A stretch of DNA of 64,000 bases from positions 4,224,001 through 4,288,000 of the forward strand of contig OZ242320.1 in assembly GCA_965208125.1 (NCBI GenBank), in the 5' to 3' direction. Position 1 is the stretch's first letter. Every line of letters starts with the position of its first letter. The DNA is from Candidatus Latescibacterota bacterium (lineage in GTDB: Bacteria; Latescibacterota; UBA2968). A program made the position numbers and the translations under genes. Under the pieces are notes generated by a model that ran no database searches, was not told the DNA's origin, and saw only the letters and a list, made by a program, of their open reading frames with translations. Shown piece after piece: positions 59,322-64,000 of the stretch.

Positions 59322-62000
59322 CTACTTCCTGGTGGGGGGTCCTTCAGGATTTACTGTAGCGCCTGTTACAAACAATAAGGCATCTTTGGAAAGCTTTTTG
59401 CCGCCCACGTACATACCCCATCGAAAGGTACTGCGCCCACTGGGTCTTTCCCAGTCGTGGCGTCCTACAAACTCCCCATTGATGTAGCATTCAGATGTAT
59501 GGCCGTTGTCGCGAATGCGGACATCAAAAGACTTGCCTTCCATGTTCTTTAATACTGTCTTAGAAGTCGCTCTGCGCGGCTGGAATACGATGTCACCATC
59601 AGCGGTCATAACCAACATTATAGACCAGTCTTCACCACTGTTTTTCACCTGAAAGATGCCACACCCCTGCGCTTTCACAATCGTGTAGGTGCCAATCCAT
59701 TCATGCCAGGTACCGCGGTTCCATCTCTTTTTGCTAAACGCCTCAATCCGAGCCGCATTGGCACGTGCATTGCGCACATTGTGCTCACCATCAAAAAGGC
59801 GAAACACCTGTGTGCTTCCGTCCTCCTGATACCATCGCGACCATTTGTGAAAATCGCGTCGAGGAATCAAACTGTTGCCCAGTGTGTGAATGTTGATTTC
59901 CCTTTCTATGGGGCGAAAGGCATGAGGTCCCTTTTCTACCACCTCGTTATTGACGTCAATTATTGAACCTGTTATTCCCACATATGAGTTCGTACCGATC
60001 GGAATCTGTTTCTCTTCGAGAATGGACGACCAGGAAGGATCACTGCCCTGCCTGGTGTAAAGGAACCGGTCGGGGTTGTCTTCTGCCTGTTTTGTAAAAT
60101 CGAGGATCTTCTTTCGCGTCCCTTTGCTGATGGTGACAACCCCGCTGTTCCACTCAGCATTGAGAAAGGGGCTTTCAAAGACTTTTTTGGGGGCGTAGTC
60201 GATCGGCTTGCCATTGATTGAGGGTACCGCTTTGGCACTGGTATCAAAGGTCAACTGATCGCCATAGATGGTTTTGTAGCGCAGCACCGTCCCATCTATA
60301 TGAACTTCACAGGCTTTTACCTTTTTTTTGAAAGCGTCGAAACTCGTGACATCGCTCCTGGCCATGACTTCGATGATCACCGGTGCGTATTCATCATTGG
60401 GGATCATGGTCGCGTTTTCGGGAACAAAGCGATCCGTTTCAAACTCGCCATCCATCCACTTGAAATCGCCTGTGACCACGCGGATCGCCGCATAAGCGCC
60501 TTTGGCCTCCACATAGACCACGCCATCCTCTTCCACTGGCGCGCTCAACCCGCTCTTCGACATCCAGATGATCATCTCGGCACCGTCCTTATGGTGCTTG
60601 AGCTTCTGGGTAATTAAGCTTCCCTTGCTCTGCACAGACCACTGTGCGTTCATGGCCACCCGGTTGTCTTTGGGGCGAACGATGGGAACAATACGCGCAT
60701 CGTGTTCGCCGGCAAAGATCACGCCTTGCCAGCGGTTTTGCGCACTGATCGCAGCCCAATCCTTCAGAGGCCTCGCTTCCGTCATCGGCGTTCCCATGAT
60801 GAAGGCGGGATCACAGTAGCTGTAGCGCAGAATACCACCTCCATCGGTTCGCATCCTGGTCGGCACTTTTGTAGCAGCAATCTTCAAAGGGCGACCTGTT
60901 TTTCCCAGACCCTGGGGACGCTGCCGCACCTCGTAGCGTCCTCGTCCTGCCACGTCGATTGCGATATCGGCTACCACGGCTGGCGGACGGTAGTCGCTGA
61001 GAGCCGCGTTCATGTCATGACCATAAACAGCAGGTTGCTTGCCGATGCCAAAGTAGAACCAGGCCAGCGGCGCATTGCCATGCTCCCGGTTTTGCTTAAG
61101 CCCTTTCCAGAAATAGATGCGCGACCGCCCGCCTCCTTGAACGCCGTCAATCTGTTCCTGCGCCCAATAGGCAAAATAAAGATCGAGCAACAGCCCGGCC
61201 GACTGTCTCACCTGCGGGTCACCAAAGTCGTAGAAATTGTAGAATCCTTTGATCAATGTGCTGTTATAGTCGTCGCACATCATCTCGATGCACAGGCTTT
61301 TGCGCGCACGTTCACGGCAGTAAACCACAAAATACGCATTCCAGGCCCGATAATGTTCTGCCGCCGTAGCGCCGTCATCATACTTGAGATTCTTGTATTC
61401 GGGCCGATCTTTCGCGATTTTGGCAAATTGCCAGCAGACCGTAAAACTCATGGCATGATGATTCTCTGACAGGTAGATGTACCAGGTCTTAGATTTCTCG
61501 TATTCCGCCTTATCAAGCCGGGAAACCTTCCTGACGTATTCCCAAATTGGCTTGAGAGCGAGGGCTTCGGTTTTTTTGGTGATGCGATTACTGCCGTTGG
61601 TGCCGTACATCTCAATCAGCCGCATGACGACCTCCGCATGCCAGTGAAAACTGTCGCGGTCATTGATGTCCAGGGGGTTGTCGAGATAATGCTGGGCATT
61701 TTCGGCAAGTGCGGCATTGGCTTCTTCCAGCATCTCGTTCAGGTAGAGGCAGCGTGCGGCAAACCCCACCATGGAATAGGAATAGGCCCGCACATAATTT
61801 CCTCGCCCGGGATCGAGTGGCTTCTGTTTCTTTGCCCGCACCAACGGCTTGCCGGATTCAGCGCGAAACATCGCATCCACGCGTTGTTCAAAGCCAGCCA
61901 CGACCGCTTCGGAGGTAAAATTCTTCTTCACCGGTTCCGCTCCTTGTGTCTGCCCAGTTATAAGTATAACGACCAGCATTATGCGGTTGATGATTCGCAT
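59322..62000 (-). CDS. Secreted heparinase-like toroid/beta protein fused to a C-terminal PL7-like jelly-roll domain
   Basis: Signal MRIINRIML; SENH motif; N-part homologous to 62363..64000; C-domain has RIEAF, IFQVK, FRWGMY. Confidence 0.7.
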   Translation of the reverse strand: MRIINRIMLVVILITGQTQGAEPVKKNFTSEAVVAGFEQRVDAMFRAESGKPLVRAKKQKPLDPGRGNYVRAYSYSMVGFAARCLYLNEMLEEANAALAENAQHYLDNPLDINDRDSFHWHAEVVMRLIEMYGTNGSNRITKKTEALALKPIWEYVRKVSRLDKAEYEKSKTWYIYLSENHHAMSFTVCWQFAKIAKDRPEYKNLKYDDGATAAEHYRAWNAYFVVYCRERARKSLCIEMMCDDYNSTLIKGFYNFYDFGDPQVRQSAGLLLDLYFAYWAQEQIDGVQGGGRSRIYFWKGLKQNREHGNAPLAWFYFGIGKQPAVYGHDMNAALSDYRPPAVVADIAIDVAGRGRYEVRQRPQGLGKTGRPLKIAATKVPTRMRTDGGGILRYSYCDPAFIMGTPMTEARPLKDWAAISAQNRWQGVIFAGEHDARIVPIVRPKDNRVAMNAQWSVQSKGSLITQKLKHHKDGAEMIIWMSKSGLSAPVEEDGVVYVEAKGAYAAIRVVTGDFKWMDGEFETDRFVPENATMIPNDEYAPVIIEVMARSDVTSFDAFKKKVKACEVHIDGTVLRYKTIYGDQLTFDTSAKAVPSINGKPIDYAPKKVFESPFLNAEWNSGVVTISKGTRKKILDFTKQAEDNPDRFLYTRQGSDPSWSSILEEKQIPIGTNSYVGITGSIIDVNNEVVEKGPHAFRPIEREINIHTLGNSLIPRRDFHKWSRWYQEDGSTQVFRLFDGEHNVRNARANAARIEAFSKKRWNRGTWHEWIGTYTIVKAQGCGIFQVKNSGEDWSIMLVMTADGDIVFQPRRATSKTVLKNMEGKSFDVRIRDNGHTSECYINGEFVGRHDWERPSGRSTFRWGMYVGGKKLSKDALLFVTGATVNPEGPPTRK

Positions 62001-62013
62001 TATAAACACTCTG

Positions 62014-62328
62014 CTAATCCTGGTGAAAAACTTCCTGCAGCGGTATGCAGATCGGCGAGTTGTCGGGGTTGGTGTCCATGATATCGGCCATGTAGGCCCA
62101 CCATTTTTTGACGATTGCGGTCTCCGGCAACTCATCTGCAGTATTGTCGTCGGTCAGCTTCTGCACGGCAAAGAGTGTCAGCGTCTCCTCATCGAGAAAA
62201 ATTGAATAGTCCGAGACGCCAGCTTTGCCCAATTCTTCAGCCAGTTCGGGCCAAATTTCGTCGTGGCGCTTTTTGTACTCGGCCTCGTAACCGGGCTTTA
62301 GCTGCATCTTGAAAGCATTGCGTTGCAT
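62014..62328 (-). CDS. rhaM: L-rhamnose mutarotase
   Basis: AFKMQLKPG, EYKKRHDEIWPE, DYSIFL, KWWAYMADIM, EVFH. Confidence 0.95.
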   Translation of the reverse strand: MQRNAFKMQLKPGYEAEYKKRHDEIWPELAEELGKAGVSDYSIFLDEETLTLFAVQKLTDDNTADELPETAIVKKWWAYMADIMDTNPDNSPICIPLQEVFHQD

Positions 62329-62362
62329 GATATTTTACTCCTGACTTTGAGGATGAAGGGTG

Positions 62363-64000
62363 TTAGCATTCGTCCCTTAAATTATTGTTAAAGTCGAGGT
62401 TGAGTTTGTAATCGCCTTTGCAAATTTCAATCTGGCCGCTATCATAATTGGATTGGATATAAGGGCTGTCGAAAACTTTTGGGTGCTCATAATCGACATA
62501 CTTTCCACCAATTGCAGGCACATCGCTTGTATTGGCCGCATTAAATACTATTTCTGCCATTTCAGGCGCGGCACTCTTGTAAACAACAACAATGCCTGTT
62601 TCTCTTGTTACCACGGTTCTATAGAGTGTGAGTTCGCCCTGCAAAATCATACGCTTAAAATTTTCCAATGTTGGGTGATCTGCCTTGCGACCTGCTTCTA
62701 TCAGAACGGGACTGTATCTGTTGGTCAGTTGCAAAATCGTCTGATCGTTATTGAATCTATAGCTGTCGTTTCTAAGAACCACGTTGCCCCGGTATCTGTC
62801 GGTCCCTTTTGCCCAGGCTTTGGCATCGGCCTCTGCTTCCAAAAGAATAACCCGTATTGCCACATAGACATTTCTCTTCTCTGCAAATATCCATCCATCT
62901 GTTTCATCAATACGATCCCATCCGTTGCCTAAGAATAACCCGAATTCCCGATCATACCGATTGTCATTGGCTGGATACCAGTCTGGATTGGATTGTGCCC
63001 AACGTCTTCTTTGTTGGGTGATCAGCACTTGCTTATGCTGGACGCTGTGATACACCAATTCCATATCGTAGATATTTTCACCTTCGCGTTCTCCTTCTGG
63101 CGTATCCAGTGCAATGGTTGCCAGACGGGTGTTGGGATCTTTGGTCACCAGACCTTGCCAGCGCCCGGCGGTTGATAGGTGGTTGTAAAGCGCATAAGGG
63201 TGATCCATCTGAGTACCCAGCACATAATCTGGCGTTACCCATGTGTATTTGACAAACCGCGATGGCGTATCTCCCATCACGGTGCGCTCCGTGCCCAATG
63301 GACGAGGGCTGGTAGGTTCTTCTTCTCCAATGCCCCGAGAGAGATATGCAAATGACCCGAGCCCTTTTCGATCCAGAGCCAATTCCCATACGATTCTTGG
63401 CCAGGCATAGTCGCTTAAGAGTTGTTGCGGATAGTTGAACGAGGTTTTGCCCTCACCACCCAGATAGAAAATGGCGAGATCCGACATAGAATCGTATCCA
63501 CCAGCAGTCTTGTGGTGGCGCGTTTTGGGACCACCTCGTAAACCTGCAATTTGTAGCTGTGCCCAATCGGCCCACATCAGATCTAAAAACATGCCAATTT
63601 TCTTTTTTAGCCCCTCATCACCACAGAAATTGTAGAGCATAAGAATATAACTGATGGTGTACTTCATATAGGTAGGCGAACCATTTTCAAGAAAGAATCC
63701 CCGCTTTGCACGCTCAGTGAAATAGTCATTGAGATAGGGCAACCAGGCATCGTAATGATCGGCTGCGTTATAAGATTTTCCGTCCGCCCAATTTGCGCGC
63801 CCACCACCGTGTCGATCATTGCTGCCCTGCCCACAATAGCCCGACTCGCCGTATCCGATGCCATCTCCATAACCGAGGTCGGGATAAATGCGGTCAACAT
63901 ACTCGGGTTCATTGGCAAAAATACGCGCACTTAAAAGATTACAGGCTTTTGTATTCAGGTCGTGATTCTCACTACCCGCGATCCACCAGGTGCTCTTTTT
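62363..64000 (-). CDS. Heparinase-like hypothetical protein; 5' end lies outside the window
   Basis: Frame stays open to 64000 (KKSTWWIAGSENHDL...); shares SENH, HYxAW, RWQG, VQ.K..LITQ and VFxSP with 59322..62000. Confidence 0.8.
   Translation of the reverse strand, partial: KKSTWWIAGSENHDLNTKACNLLSARIFANEPEYVDRIYPDLGYGDGIGYGESGYCGQGSNDRHGGGRANWADGKSYNAADHYDAWLPYLNDYFTERAKRGFFLENGSPTYMKYTISYILMLYNFCGDEGLKKKIGMFLDLMWADWAQLQIAGLRGGPKTRHHKTAGGYDSMSDLAIFYLGGEGKTSFNYPQQLLSDYAWPRIVWELALDRKGLGSFAYLSRGIGEEEPTSPRPLGTERTVMGDTPSRFVKYTWVTPDYVLGTQMDHPYALYNHLSTAGRWQGLVTKDPNTRLATIALDTPEGEREGENIYDMELVYHSVQHKQVLITQQRRRWAQSNPDWYPANDNRYDREFGLFLGNGWDRIDETDGWIFAEKRNVYVAIRVILLEAEADAKAWAKGTDRYRGNVVLRNDSYRFNNDQTILQLTNRYSPVLIEAGRKADHPTLENFKRMILQGELTLYRTVVTRETGIVVVYKSAAPEMAEIVFNAANTSDVPAIGGKYVDYEHPKVFDSPYIQSNYDSGQIEICKGDYKLNLDFNNNLRDEC

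Noticed and set aside
77-63175. Numerous plus-strand ORFs antisense to real genes (e.g. 77..736, 21443..22183, 26213..26911, 60702..61469)
   Set aside because: No motifs or RBS; mirror frames of codon-biased genes.
1-64000. Classical integron cassette array
   Set aside because: No intI and no recurring RYYYAAC..GTTRRRY attC hairpins seen; many spacers are too short to hold one.
1-64000. CRISPR array, tRNA/rRNA, IS or prophage genes
   Set aside because: No periodic repeats, RNA gene signatures, transposase or phage motifs recognised by eye.
63664-64000. Frameshift or separate ORF at the window end
   Set aside because: Manual translation shows the 62363 frame is open to 64000; the ORF track only picked an internal TTG.

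Overview
Bacterial DNA carrying about 48 closely packed catabolic genes, 45 of them on the minus strand. The inventory is 11 Cys-type sulfatases, 8 PhyH-family Fe(II)/2-oxoglutarate dioxygenases, 2 enolase-superfamily dehydratases, 2 C-N hydrolases, an SDR, an aldo/keto reductase, several glycoside hydrolase/lyase-like proteins, rhaM, one RND efflux operon and an AAA_14/DUF4143 ATPase. There are no housekeeping genes, RNA genes, dedicated transcription regulators, integrases or transposases. The inventory recalls marine Latescibacterota/Poribacteria-type genomes (inference only). The notable feature is the architecture. Base composition jumps from gene to gene (by eye from about 40% to over 60% GC), and many short spacers are not regulatory DNA but stubs of vanished genes. 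Several stubs match the first or last codons of intact paralogues in the same window: the AKR 3' end at 17917, the AKR 5' end at 34289, and PhyH 3' ends at 25310, 45224 and 50867. There is also a 20-codon head-plus-tail 'ghost' PhyH gene, a dgoD-like tail, and a duplicated locus in which one copy holds an extra gene at a site that is empty in the other. This reads as an attC-free, integron-like gene capture and replacement array. No recombinase is visible in the window, so the mechanism is a hypothesis. All family calls come from motif recognition, not database searches.
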